NCBI RefSeq assembly: GCF_009914755.1
Contig: NC_060926.1
Strand: one strand, 5' to 3'
DNA from: the human T2T-CHM13v2.0 reference genome, Homo sapiens
Length of the DNA: 64,000 nt
This document shows positions 26,900 through 41,276 of this stretch, piece after piece (position 1 is the stretch's first letter; each line of letters starts with the position of its first letter). The translations under genes were made by a program, and so were the position numbers. The notes under the pieces were generated by a model that was not told where the DNA came from, searched no databases, and saw only the letters and a list, made by a program, of their open reading frames with translations.

Positions 26900-29050
26900 T
26901 TCCAAATGAGAGACAATGAAGAGCTTGCTATTGGCCTTTAATTGAGTTGCTCCTATAACTGAAGGACATGAACTAATCCTCAAACTTGAAATACATATAA
27001 TGTCTTGGTTGATGTCAGAGAAGCATTCTAATGGACAAGACAATGCCAAGAAGAATTCTATGACAAATAGAAATGGTTTGTACAGGAACATGCTACCAGG
27101 GGAATGCAAGCAGGTACTCATGAGCATTCAGCTTCCTTTGTCCTGGGGATGACTTTGGAACCAACTGCAGAGCTGCCAGAGCTTATTGCTATTTGTTCAG
27201 TGCTCCATGACCAGTTCTCAACTTACCAACAAAAAGCCACATGGTATATGGATGAGTAGCTGCAAAGTGAATGGACAGGATCCTGTTTGAAAGGCCACTG
27301 CTCTGGTAGAAGAAGCTAAAAGCAAATCAGATCAGGGGGCGGAATTGCATGCTATTTGTCCCTGTGTTTGTTTTCTAACAAGTCATGGGTAGTATGGTAA
27401 GACAAGGGGAAGTTGGCCTATTAAATAGAAGCTTGCATGGAGCTTGGCCCTATGGAAATCACTGTAGGAATTTAGAGGGTGCATTAGACATGTCAATGCC
27501 CATCAGAAGAACTTCCTTCCAAGACTAGAAGATGATTAGGACCAGTTAGTAGATATTCTGATGTGCTCCCTGGAAGTGGACATCTTGGTCCACTAAATTA
27601 GTGGACATTGGGGGCCCATAGCAATGCTGAAATGAGCTGAATCTAGACATAATTCTCTTCCACACTCTCACAAATAAAATGCCTATAAAATTGTACTATT
27701 TGCCATTTGGAGAGACAAAGACTGCAAATGGTGATGGGGGAAGTTCCCTGGGTGGGAAGGCATCACACATAGCTGGTAACTGGGACTGATATTGGTAGCC
27801 CTAGGGGCCTACAGATGCGTCCTGGCAGGAGCTTAGAGTAGACTGGGCTTGTCATAGCCAGTGGTAGAGAGAAATTGTCAAAGTACTATAAAAGCACCAG
27901 AGCAGAAAATATTGCACCACTTTGAGTCACATTTTTTCAGACTAAGAAGTACACTTTTCAGCCCATAGTGTCCAACAGCGCATAGAGAGATATCCTCCTT
28001 AGGGTAAGAGTTTGACATAGACTTGAAAAAGACAAGTGGAACATTTGTTGTCTAAAAGAAAGGGAGATGAGGCAAGGAGGGGTGGCTAACCTGCTTTCGT
28101 GAGCCTATGCTTACACTTAACATGAGAGTGGCCAAGGGAAAATTTCCGAAAGATAGATTTCTCCACTTAACTGGAGGATTTAGGAAGGAGTGGGTAGAAA
28201 AGAATACTGGTATGACTATTCTTTTTCCTCTTTTCCCCACATCACCTCAACTTCCCCTTTTCTTTCCTGATTTAGTGGTCTCAAGGTCAGGACTGCAATT
28301 ATAGGTCCAAGAATCAGGAATATCTCTAAGAAAGAGAGTATAACTATATTGTTAAAGCTTTAAGTCGGAATTTGTAAAGGCCTGATGGGGTGAATTGTGT
28401 CTTCACCCCATTTGGAAATATTGGAGTTGACAGTAAATGCAGTCAATTGCCCAGTGGTTAAGAAAGCTCACCAGTTCTGTATGTCTATAGCTCTCCCCTA
28501 TTTAAGTGGAAATGGACTGAACTGGCGGGGGGCACTTGGTAGACTAATAATGCTGTTGGAAATATGGACTAGCACAGCAGTCAAACTTAACATTCCTTCT
28601 AAAGGGTGAAAAAGTTTGGATAAAATGATTAAGTGGAGAGAAGGAGGAACACTAGTTGAGGGTAAAGGAATTAATAAAAGAATTATGCACCAAGGGAAAT
28701 CCAATATTACATTGCCACTCAGAGCAAGAGATAATGTTATCTCTTAGCTCAATGATACCAGATGCCTGAAAGGAGGAAGCCATGTGTTGCCAAGATCATA
28801 TCTGTTCTCACAATCTGACAAGTTCAAAAGAAAGCTAATGAAACTAAGTGAAATCTCTCTGGGACGTTTTGGTTCTGTGTGATGATGGACTGGACTAATT
28901 ATTGATGACTAAGTGGGACTCTGGTAATGCATCACTATCTCATTTTTCAAGTCACGTCAACCACACTGTGCCATGATATAACACTGGTGGTGTTGGTAAG
29001 ATGATAATACCAGTACTGATGGTCAAATGTATTGGAAAAATGAGGTAAAA
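26900..29050 (+). mobile_element. Class III (ERVL) internal region: decayed pol (RT connection, RNase H, integrase) and 3' region
   Basis: Hand translation across stops and frameshifts: ERQ*RACYWPLIE, TEGHELILKLEIHIMSWLMSEKHS, KWFVQEHA, KSDQGAELHAI, HVNAHQK, VH*ISGHWG...CTIC (HHCC), SD*EVHFSAHSVQQ. Confidence 0.8.
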
Positions 29051-29135
29051 TCCTCCTATCCCCAGAACATACTAGTTTTTGTAAATGTTGGACATTTACA
29101 AAATGTCCAACTTGGCTGTAAGAGAGCCAAGTTTA

Positions 29136-30199
<1,064 letters not shown>

Positions 30200-32029
30200 G
30201 ATGTCGGAAGTGAGAGAGGTCTTGTGTGGGGACGGTGACCTCAGATTTTACAGCTGTGCTGACTGCGAGTGTAAGAAAAAGATGAAAATAGGAATCTCAT
30301 AGACAAGAGACATAGTAAACAAGGTCCCAAATGTGATCTGAAAACAAAAGCAGTATATGCCGAAAATGTTGATGCAAAGTTACAAGTATCTTTTAATGAG
30401 ATAAACACATCTTAATTAAATAAGAAGTAACAAAACACACAAAAATGAATAGTTAAACTCTAATAAACACTAATGCCAACAGGTGATCTGAATATATTTT
30501 TTCTAATTTTTAGCGTCTATATTTTCTTTCTTTAGCTTTAAATTTTATTTCATAGCTTATTTATATACAAAATCAAATTTTCAATGGTTTTAATCTTTAA
30601 AATAGTTTTTCTAATTTAAATTGTATCTTTGAATTTTTAAAAAGCTTTTCACTTTTGTTTTAAAAATATATTTCATCTTTGAATTATATGTTATATATAT
30701 ATTTCAACATTTTACACAATATTACATAATAAAAATTGCTCATTCTTTTAAAAAATTCTTTTGTCTGTTCCCTTTTAGGATTGTCTGTCTAAAGCTTCAA
30801 AAAAAGAAAAAAAATGTATTTCTCGTTGATGTATACAGAAAGGACATCTTGTGATCAGAGAGCCACAGTACTTTGGAACTTGAGTGTTCTTTTTTTTTCC
30901 CATATATTTACTATTTGCTTTTGACATTTCCTTGTGCCAAAGAAAGCCTTTTCCACTTTTAATCACCATGATAATTTGGTTTCCTTTCCCATCTCTGTCC
31001 ACTGGTGTATGCTACACTTAGGCTAAAAAACATATTGCACACCCTTGACTACACTGTAATACTGCACTCAGTACGGACGTGAAGCTCAGCAGGGACATTA
31101 AAAGTATCATATGCTGGGATGGTCCTTTCCTTTTTTCTGGTGTTCAGCATCTTTTATAAGGCAGAATTAAGAAAACAGAAACATAAATCATGAAATTTGA
31201 ATCTCTTGTAATAAAGAAGGCAAGACTGCCTTTGGTCTCAAAAGGTGGAAAAAGTATTTTTTACATTCCTAACCTGCTACCAATGTCTTTTATGAAGCAA
31301 TTTTCAATGTGAAATGAGACAGGGAAATAGAACCATGAGCTTCCTTGTTTGTGTTTTCTGAGCCCCTGGTGTTAGATTGGGTTTTTCTGAATAGTTTTAT
31401 AGCCAATTTAGCAGTTTCTCATCTAGGGAGCAAGTTTTTGTTTTGTTTTGTTTTATGGTTAATAAATCCTCAGGATTCGTAGAGTTCGTCTGTAAGAAAA
31501 TAGCCAACATGCTTGTTCCAGGGGAGTGGTATTAATAGACAATTAGAGAAAATATAAACAAACAGAAAAGTGGACAGATATAAACTGAGGCTTTTAAATA
31601 TTTTTAGCAATATGATTTTTCTTTTGTACTTTTTTTTCTGCAAACAGAGCATCAACTAATCTCCAGAGCAGTTGTGTTCACAACTGCAAATCAGCATATT
31701 TTAAAATAACAAATATACTCATTTACTACATAATATACTCCAGGCAGGAGGCAAAAAGAGATTATTGAAAAGAACTCAAACAGTGTGTACTGAAACAGCT
31801 AGTCACAATACGAACAATGTGAGAATCTGTGACAAATATCACAGGGATCTTTCGAAACATCACACAATTTTTAATCATTTCTACATGCCTCAAGGAATTA
31901 AGGACTTTGAGAATATCTGAGATCATGCACATGATCTGCCTGGCTTCAGAAAGACACAGTAGGCTAGCACCACAATTCCCCAAATCACACATAATATTGA
32001 GTTATTGCCATGTAACTTCTGGGGCTTCT

Positions 32030-32032
<3 letters not shown>

Positions 32033-32068
<36 letters not shown>

Positions 32069-32080
32069 TGTCTGTGTGTG
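32033..32080. repeat. (TG)n microsatellite
   Basis: Directly visible. Confidence 0.95.
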
Positions 32081-32150
32081 CACATGCTCCAATACTCTAC
32101 AAAATCTCTAAACACAAGCTCATTTGGTTTGCCATGTAAAAAATATTAGG

Positions 32151-32297
32151 GGCTGGGCACAGTAGCTCACTGTGTAATCTTAGCACTTTGGGAGGCAGAA
32201 GTGGGTGGATTACTTGAGCCCAGGAGTTCCAGATCAGCCTGGGAAACATGGCAAAACCCTGTCTCTCCAGAAAACAACAACAAAAACAACCCAAAAA
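32151..32297 (+). mobile_element. FLAM/AluJ left monomer
   Basis: GGCTGGGCACAGTAGCTCAC...TTGAGCCCAGGAGTTCC, then an A/C-rich tail. Confidence 0.8.
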
Positions 32298-33163
32298 GAC
32301 CCGACCAAAACCAATATACACCAATTCACCTGCCATTACTCAGTGCAGCAAATTCCAATATAAACTGACATGCATTCAGGCAAGAAAGTGTTCAGGAAAG
32401 TGCAGATTATTAGAAGGGATCACCTGCTAAGAACGCAACAGCATTTTACAGCAACACGGCATCTATAAGTGTGTGAGAACCAGATAATTTTTGAAAAAAA
32501 ACACAGAAATATAAACGCTAAAAAAGAGTCAGCTCTTCAAGACAATCTTCCAAGCATGCCCAGAATATGAATTTTTCTTCTCAGAAAAAAAAATGTGAGG
32601 ATCCATGGTTTTCTCCAGTGTGAGTGAAGAAGAAAGGTAAGTAGGGGAAAAAAAAGCTAGAGGGATGGGAAGCAGCTAAATGGGAAGCCCTACTGGTTGA
32701 ACATGTGCTCTGTGTTTTTGCCAGTAGAGTCTAGGGGGTAAAGGAGTGAGAGGACTCTGTGTGGCAGCATAGCCAATTTAGTGCAGACTTCTCACACAGC
32801 AGGAGGTCCTAAACCTCATATCACCAACAGTCCAGGTGGGAGGGTAGCCTTGGAGCTGCAGAGGTTTGTGTGATTTCAACATGGGCTGTACAGGGCTAAT
32901 GCAGGAAGAAACATTGATTTAAAAATACGTGCTTTTTGCCATTGAGGATTAAACAAATATCTTCTTAGGATGACAAATTGCAAGTAAGAAATTGCAAAGG
33001 CAATGGCTGAAAATAAAATAACAATAGTTTCAATTATCAATGGAGAGGAATTGAAACTATAAAGAAGAATTAGGTTTTTCTAAAATAACCAGAAAAGTCT
33101 TGCAGTCAGCTAGATGAGAACAAATACTAATACCACTATTACTATTACTCTTTTTGTTGATAA

Positions 33164-33577
33164 TGTATTAGTCTGTTCTCACATTGCTATAAAGAAATAT
33201 CTGAGACTGAGTAATTTATAAAGAAAAGAGGTTTAATTGGCTCACAGATTTATAGGGTATACAACAAACATGGCAGCATCTGCTCAGCTTCTTGGGCAGC
33301 CTCAGGAAACTTATAACCACGGCAGAAGGCTAAGGGGGAGCAGGCATTTTTACATGGCCAGAGCAGGAGAGAAAGGGAGGTGCCACATACTTTTAAACAA
33401 TCAGATCTTCTGAGAACTCACTCACTATCACAAGAACAGCATCAAAAGGATGGTGCTAAACCATTTATGAGAAGCCCGCCCCCATGAGCCAATGACCTCC
33501 CACCAGGTCCCTCCTCCAACACTGGGGATTACATTTCAACATGAGATTTGAGTGGGGACACAGATCCAAACCTTACA
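33164..33577 (-). mobile_element. MSTA-like MaLR solo LTR
   Basis: TGTATTAGTCTGTTCTCACATTGCTATAAAGAAATA...CATGAGATTTGAGTGGGGACACAGATCCAAACC. Confidence 0.88.
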
Positions 33578-33627
33578 AATATACATCTAGAAGGCAACCA
33601 ATACCATTGAAAATGGAGTCTAGAGTT

Positions 33628-34402
33628 TGACACAGAAAAGTAGCAATACCAGGCCTCAAGTTAAACAAGGTTAGAAAAGCGAGCTATTTCTTGCGTGATC
33701 AGGAAGACAGGAGTTTGGGGATGATTACATTAGATCTTAACTTGACAGTAAATTCTGAGAAAGAGAGACCAGCCTCTGACATCCAGGAAAAATAAGTCTT
33801 GGTGTTGTTAAGAGCTGGCCCGGTGCTAACAGCTATATCATGTTGTTCTCCTTTTGGAGATAAATTATTTAACAAAACACCAACATCAGACGAGGTCACT
33901 CTGCAACTATGATGAAGTAAGACGCAAAACAAGACCCCATCATAATTTTTTTCTGAGTACAAAAATCAAACAAAAATTTCAGAGTACAAACAAAAAGGTC
34001 TCCTAATGGTACAAATCACCAAAATACCAAGTATCAATCTCTCCCAGCTGATATGAGGAACTGCTGTCTCTTTATGATTATGCTATAGCCTTGTTGTAGT
34101 CTGTCCTCTTCTAGGTAATATTTACTAAGATGCTCTTCCATAGCATTTTCCGTTTTCTGACAGCATCTAATCTACAACCAATTCTTGGCTTCTTGAACTG
34201 TCTCCAAGATGACCTAATGCACTCCAATCTGAATCCCAAGGGCCAATCTGTAACTCCTTATTTAGAAAGGCTCACTCTCTCACTGAGATGCCCCAAGTTA
34301 TTCCATGATGTGGAGTCTCTCTCACTGCAAGAAATAAGAAACCCATCTTGTTGACTCCAGGTGTGTTCCAGGTGGTCTTTGTCTAGAGGTGCATAGTTGA
34401 CT
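33628..34402 (+). mobile_element. Old ERV1 LTR, MER90-like
   Basis: ACACCAACATCAGACGAGGTCACTCTG, CTGACAGCATCTAATC, terminal CAGGTGTGTTCCAGGTGGTCTTTG; family from recall. Confidence 0.6.
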
Positions 34403-34897
34403 GTCCTGCACTAAACCTTGTGTGTAGCCCTTAGAGTGAGGAAGATGGTACCATCCAGTATGGAGGTATCACTTGTGAAAGGGAATTTTTTTCCTGCGCT
34501 GCTGTTAAGACAGCCTAGCATATAGCAAGTCTTCAATATATCTTTGTAAAAAGAATGAAGTAGCTTTCAGTCAACTGGCGTTCCCAGAATGTAAATAATT
34601 TGAAAGTGCTCAGCAAGGAGCCAGACACATACAGTGCATACAACTAACAATAACTCTTATTTCAATTGGGCTTAATTCATCTATAGTTGTACAGATATGT
34701 AGGTTAACTGTACTCTATACTTAAGTAGAGTTGACACAATCATTTGCTTTTAATCTCTGCAATCAACTACTTTATATCCAAAATTTCAAGTCCTTCAACT
34801 CCTCAACTCTTTCAACACATTGCAAAATTGTGCTTCAGTGCTGGGAGTTTCAGCTCTTTTTATACAGCTCCAATCATATCATCCTACTCAGTATTTC

Positions 34898-35043
34898 CTT
34901 ATTTATTTATTTATTTTTTTATTTTTAGAGACAAAGTTTCACCATGTTGGCTAGGCTGGTCTTGAACTCCTGACCTCAGGTGATCTACCCGCCTCAGCCT
35001 CTCAGAGTGCTGGGATTACAGGCATGAGTCACTGTGCCCAGCC
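34898..35043 (-). mobile_element. AluS-type left monomer with TSD
   Basis: CCTGACCTCAGGTGATC; flanks TCATCCTACTCAGTATTT (34879-34896) and TCATCTTACTGAGTATTT (35044-35061). Confidence 0.85.
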
Positions 35044-37437
35044 TCATCTTACTGAGTATTTTCTAACCATTTAGGATTCTGTGTCATTAAACTCACTTTT
35101 CTTTGCACTTGAAATTGCCTTTATCCTCTTCTTGGTTAGGCTAAAGTAATCCTATTTATAATTGCCTTGTCTGCTTAAAGTAGAATAAATGCTTTCCTTT
35201 CCTTAAAGTAGAATAAAGCATTCCTGCTTCTCTGCACTGAGAACAATATATTTATATTTATTTCCGTATCACTAAACATGCTGTATTATGGCTGTTTTGT
35301 GACAATTTATCACTCTCTGCCATGCCAAGTTCATATAGAAGGTAGTGAATCTACTCACTTTTCTATCTCTAGAAGTTTGGTGTCATGTTTATGTTAAATA
35401 CATGATAAATAAATAAATTTGTGGCCTCCCTTATTTTTAACTTCTACTCTATATACTACCTGCTTCCTCAAACATTTAATAATTCCCCTGTTGCAGAATG
35501 AAATCTATACCTCTTTACCTAAAATCCAAGTTTATGTAAAATGTTACCTTTAATCGTTTTTAATTGATGTATTCCCTTACTTCTCTAGATGGACAATTTA
35601 ATTCTATGCAATTGGGTTCAGCATATTGACTTAGTCTTTATTCCCTTTTTTCACTCAGAATGTTTTCTCCTCCTTCTACCTAGGTAAGACCTACTCACTC
35701 TAAACTCCTGAATAAATTACTAATTGTAACATTAATTGGTATAATGAATGGTGACTTTCCTATTGGTATATTACCAGTTAGTGTCTCTTGAATCCCAAGG
35801 GCGTTACACATTGTAGATACTTAATACATGGCTGATGGAAATGATATTGATGGCAGTGCATAGGAGGGAGCCCTGTAGATGAAGAGAAGGAGCTTCTACA
35901 CAATCTCTTTAAGCCAGGATCTACCCTCCCAAGAATGAAACGGAACAGAGTAGGAGATTGGCAGGAAATGCAAATAGTCCTCGTCAGACATCAACTAGTG
36001 ATGATGAGGCTGTCGTCTCAAGAAGCTCCGTGGATTTTCTAACAATGTATCATTATCTTCCCAGACACTGAAGTTTGAGTTTTGATTAGAAAAATTTCAC
36101 AGGTAGATTTAGAAATATGTTATTCTGGGTAGATATTCTTTTTTAACATCTTGTGTCTGCAATCTCATAACAACTACTCCTTCTCCCTAGCTGACAACTA
36201 GTCTTTTAAAATATTGCTGGCATGATTATCTTGGATTACTTGTCACTAGACCTTCACAAAATATGTCTATTTTTAGGCAGTACTGATCATGATGGCCTTT
36301 GTTCTCCACCTCCACCCCACCACCACAGAGGAGTCTGCAGATTAGTAGGAGATGATTCTTCAGAGAGATAGCATCCCATCTCAGGAACACAAAATTTCTC
36401 TGAAATGTCTTTGCACACCATTTGACTTATTTGAAAACTTCTTTCTCTCTAATTTTCTCTAGTCCTGAAGATTTGGAAAATTTAAATAAATCATATATTC
36501 ATTGTTCTGAATCCGTTTAGGATTTTAACATTTAAAGGGAGGGAATTCAATGAAAGCAATATTATTTAAGCATTATGATTATCCCTAGAGAATTCCTACA
36601 AAGGATGATAACAAAGAGAAAAAAAGCATTCAGTACACACTACCAAAAATGGCAATAGTTGAATAAGTACAAAAACAAACACAATTGGAAAAAGAAAGAA
36701 GAGATTTATCCTGATGGGGATAGGTAAAGTTTCATGGAGAAGATTTTCAACAGGGTCTGGATTGATTAGTTCTTGATAAATAGTGATTTAAGAGAGAGAG
36801 AGACTCCAAGTAAAAGTTCTGAAAATCAAATTCAAGAAAGCAAAAAGAGTGTTTTGAGAAAAAAAGTCAGCATGGTATATGTAAAGTTTAATCTTTCAAC
36901 TAGTAACTAATAAGACTTCTGTATGATCTATCATATTTCCTTTGTTAGCATGTTTGATAAAAAACTGAGTTACGTTTTGGATTCTATTACATTATCTATC
37001 CTCAGCCCTGATTTCTTTATCATAGATTTTTCTTCATTTCTTTTATTTCTTTGATTTTCATTTCATCCTGCATTAATTTAGTTGCACTATATTTGTGCTT
37101 TTTTTCTATTATCAGCTTTATAAGATGATGTTCTATAAATAGGAATGTTGAAAAAATAATAAATCTATTTAAAATAAGTTATAGAGATTTGTGAAAGAAA
37201 GAAAACTGGGGAAATGGAAGATGGTTCCAAAATATGACTAGCTTTGAATGTCATGTGAGAGAAAAAAAAAATGTTTTATGGGTAAAGAAGAACAATTACA
37301 TTTTTAGTTGTAGTAAAATATCATAAGCATAGTTATGCATTGTGAAGGCAGTAGTAAAAGAGATGAGAGGTTGGAGGAAGATTAAAAACAGTCAGGTAAG
37401 CAGCAATGAAGTGTTTGAAATAGTTTCTTTACTTTTA

Positions 37438-37860
37438 AACAAGGAATTCATACAACTCAATAGGAAAACAAAACAAAACAGAAAACTAATAATCTGGCTA
37501 CAAAATGGGTGAAGGACCTGAAAAGACATTTTTTTCCCAAAAGAAGACATACATATGACTAACAAATGTATGCAAAGGTGCTCTGCTTCACTAATGATCC
37601 GGGAAATGCAATTGAAACCACTATGAGATATCACCTCATACTTGTCAGTATGTCTATTACCAAAAAGATGAAAAATCACAGTTGTTGGTGAGGATGTGGA
37701 GAAGGGGGGATCCTTGCACATGCTGTTGGTGATAATGTAAATTGTTATAGACATTATGAAAACCAGTATAGAAGTTTCTCAAAAAATTAAAAATAGAACT
37801 ATCATATAATTCAGCAATCCCACTTCTGGGTATATATTTTAAAACATTGATATCAGGATT
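37438..37860 (+). mobile_element. L1MA/MB ORF2 3' fragment
   Basis: GGGAAATGCAATTGAAACCACTATGAGATATCACCTCATAC...CAGCAATCCCACTTCTGGGTATATA. Confidence 0.85.
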
Positions 37861-37879
37861 TCAAAACCAAAGTAACTAG

Positions 37880-38825
37880 GACCAACAGGGAGTAAGAGAA
37901 AAACAGAAAGTAGCGACCCAGTTAAAGAAAACCAGAAACTTTGTGCATATACTCTACCCTAGTCCTTGAACTACATGGGTATCAGGTAGATTGGAAGCTA
38001 TTTTAAATAATATTGGAGCTCTTACCACCACAGACAAGAGGCAATGAGCACTTTGAGTCTAACCAAACTTATTGTGCACTAAAGTAAAATAGCATCATCA
38101 CTTTTTGGATAACTCTGTGAATCTAGAGTCCCCACAACATAGTATTTCGATGTTTATAATACAAACCAAATTTATGCAACATGAGAGACAAATGTATGGA
38201 TGATTATCAAGAGAAAAGACAATAAACTGGGCCTGACCCTAAGATTACCCTGAATTTTGAATTATCTGAAATGGACTATTTATGAGTTATTATGAGTAAA
38301 GGTAAAAATGACTGTAATTAATTTAAAAATAGGAAACCTCAACAAATAGAAAAAATTTTTAAAGAATCCAATTGTAATTTGCTAACTAAAAAAAGTCTGA
38401 AATAAAATAGTTTAGTATATGAGATTAAGAGCTGAATGATTATGACAGAGGAGAGCTGGTGAACTTGAAGATGGATTGTAAAAATCAATTCTGAAGAATA
38501 CAGAAGTTAAATTTTACAAAATGAACAGAGCCACAAGGACCTGTGGGAAAATATAAAAACTGTAACAATTAAAGTTTAGTGAGACAGAATATATTCTAAG
38601 GAAAATACAGCTAGACATATAAGCAAACTGCAGAAAAGTAAAGATAAAGATAAAATTAAGAAAGTAGCTAATGAGAAAGTCATGAAAGCAAGCAGAGAAA
38701 AACAAAACATTTCATACAAAGAAAGAACAATTCCAAATTCAAATGACAATGGAGTCTTTATCAGAAGTCAAGAACGACAGAAGAGAATGGAACAGCATTT
38801 TGGAGGTACATAAAGAAAAAGTATA
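37880..38825 (+). mobile_element. Old L1M 5'/ORF1 fragments
   Basis: GAACTTGAAGATGGA, AAATGAACAGAGCCACAAGGACCTGTGGGA, AGAAGAGAATGGAACAGCATTTT. Confidence 0.6.
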
Positions 38826-38899
38826 AAGGTCAAACAAGGAGAGCTTTCAGATCACTATATACAGTATTTAAACCTGTAAAACGAAAGAGATATGAAGAG

Positions 38900-39185
38900 T
38901 GATGATGCTTCATTAGTACAGCTCAGAGAAATTATCCACCAGGCAAATGAAGAGTCTTAGAGTGATGAATGCCCATTAGAGGAGTCATACATTGGATAGG
39001 AATGCTTTGGCTCCATTAAACACATTGTGCTCAGTCATCGGCTGAGAGTAACTCAGACAGAGCTGCAATAAATGTATGGTGTATCCTGAACTTGCAGCAG
39101 CTGGAAATTGAAAGCTCTCTCTCTTTCATTGCAGTAAATTCTTTCTTAAAAGACATCTAGGCAGCACATTCTCATTACTGCCACA
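38900..39185 (-). mobile_element. LTR33/LTR41-like ERVL LTR fragment
   Basis: GCCCATTAGAGGAGTC, GTGCTCAGTCATCGGCTGAGAG, terminal CTGCCACA. Confidence 0.5.
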
Positions 39186-39296
39186 ATATGAATCAGAGAA
39201 TTATATCTCATAATAGCATGTTAATTATTAAAGGCTTGTATCCATTCAAAAATGAAGTTTCCCTTGACAAGTATTTACCTTAAAGAGTGTATTCAT

Positions 39297-40033
<737 letters not shown>

Positions 40034-40301
40034 GTTACTGTATCTTAGAATTAAAAAAAGGAAAAGCAAACATGTTTAATTTTTGCATTGTAGTAATTAA
40101 AAATATTATGCTTTTATTGGCCAGAAAGGTTTACTTTTAACATAAGAATTTAGAAATATTGGCAATATCTTATCCTGTAATTCCAGGTATTAACCTATTG
40201 CTGATATTATATTATTTGCCCTTAAATGAACAAAGTTCCTATGTTTCTAAGCATATCACTATAAAAATGTGTCAAAACAAGGACAAAAGATTGAGTAGAA
40301 G

Positions 40302-41276
40302 GAGCAAAAGAAAAAATCAACAGAGTAGACAGACAACCTGCAGGATGGGGGGAAATATTTGAAACCTATGCATCTGACAGAGGACGGATATTTAGAATTC
40401 ACAAGGAACTAAAACAACTCAAAAACCAACAAATAGCCCCATTAAAATGTGGGGAAAAGACATAAATAGATTTTTTCAAAAGAAGACATACAAATGGCCA
40501 ACAAGCATCCTAAAAAATTGCTCAACATTACTAATCACTAGAGAAATGCAAATTAAAACCACAACGAGATACTGTCTTACATCAGTCAGAATGATTATTT
40601 TAAAAAGTCAAAATATAACAGATGTTGGAGGGGACATGGAGAAAAGGGAACACTTACACACTGCTCGTGGGAATGTAAATTAGTACAGCCTCCATGGAAA
40701 ACAATATGGAGATTTCTCAAAGAACTAAAAATAGAACTACCCTTCAATCCAGCAATGCCACTACTAGGTATCTACCTAAAAAAAAAAAATTATATTAAAA
40801 AGATACCTGCACTTGTATGTTTATTGCAGCACTATTCACAATAGCAAAGAGATGGAATTAAGTATCCATCAACAAACAACTGAATAAAGAAACTGTAGTA
40901 TAAATGTATACACCATGGAATACTATTGAGCCATAAAAAATACAAAATCATCTATTTTGCAGCAACATGGATGGAACTGATGACCATTATCTTAAGTGAA
41001 ACAAATCGGAACCAGAAAGTCAAATACCACATGTTCTCACATACAAGTGGGAGCTACATAACATGTACACATGAACATAGAGTCTGGACTGATAGTCACT
41101 GGATACTGGGAAGGGTGGGAGGGTGGAAGGGGGTGGGGGAAGACAAATGACTTAATGAGTCCAATGTACGCTATTCAGGTGACGGCTACACTCCAAGTCC
41201 AGACTTCACCACTTTGCAATATGCCCACATAACAAGATTGCACTTGTACCCCATATATTTATACAAATTTAAAACA
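40302..41276 (+). mobile_element. L1PB3/4-like 5'-truncated element
   Basis: L1 ORF2 end plus 3'UTR (CAGACTTCACCACT...TTGCACTTGTACCCC); flanking repeat AAAAGATTGAGT at 40285-40296 and 41277-41288. Confidence 0.88.

Noticed and set aside
26900-28700. Possible domesticated retroviral gene
   Set aside because: Multiple stops and frameshifts, including within or beside conserved motifs
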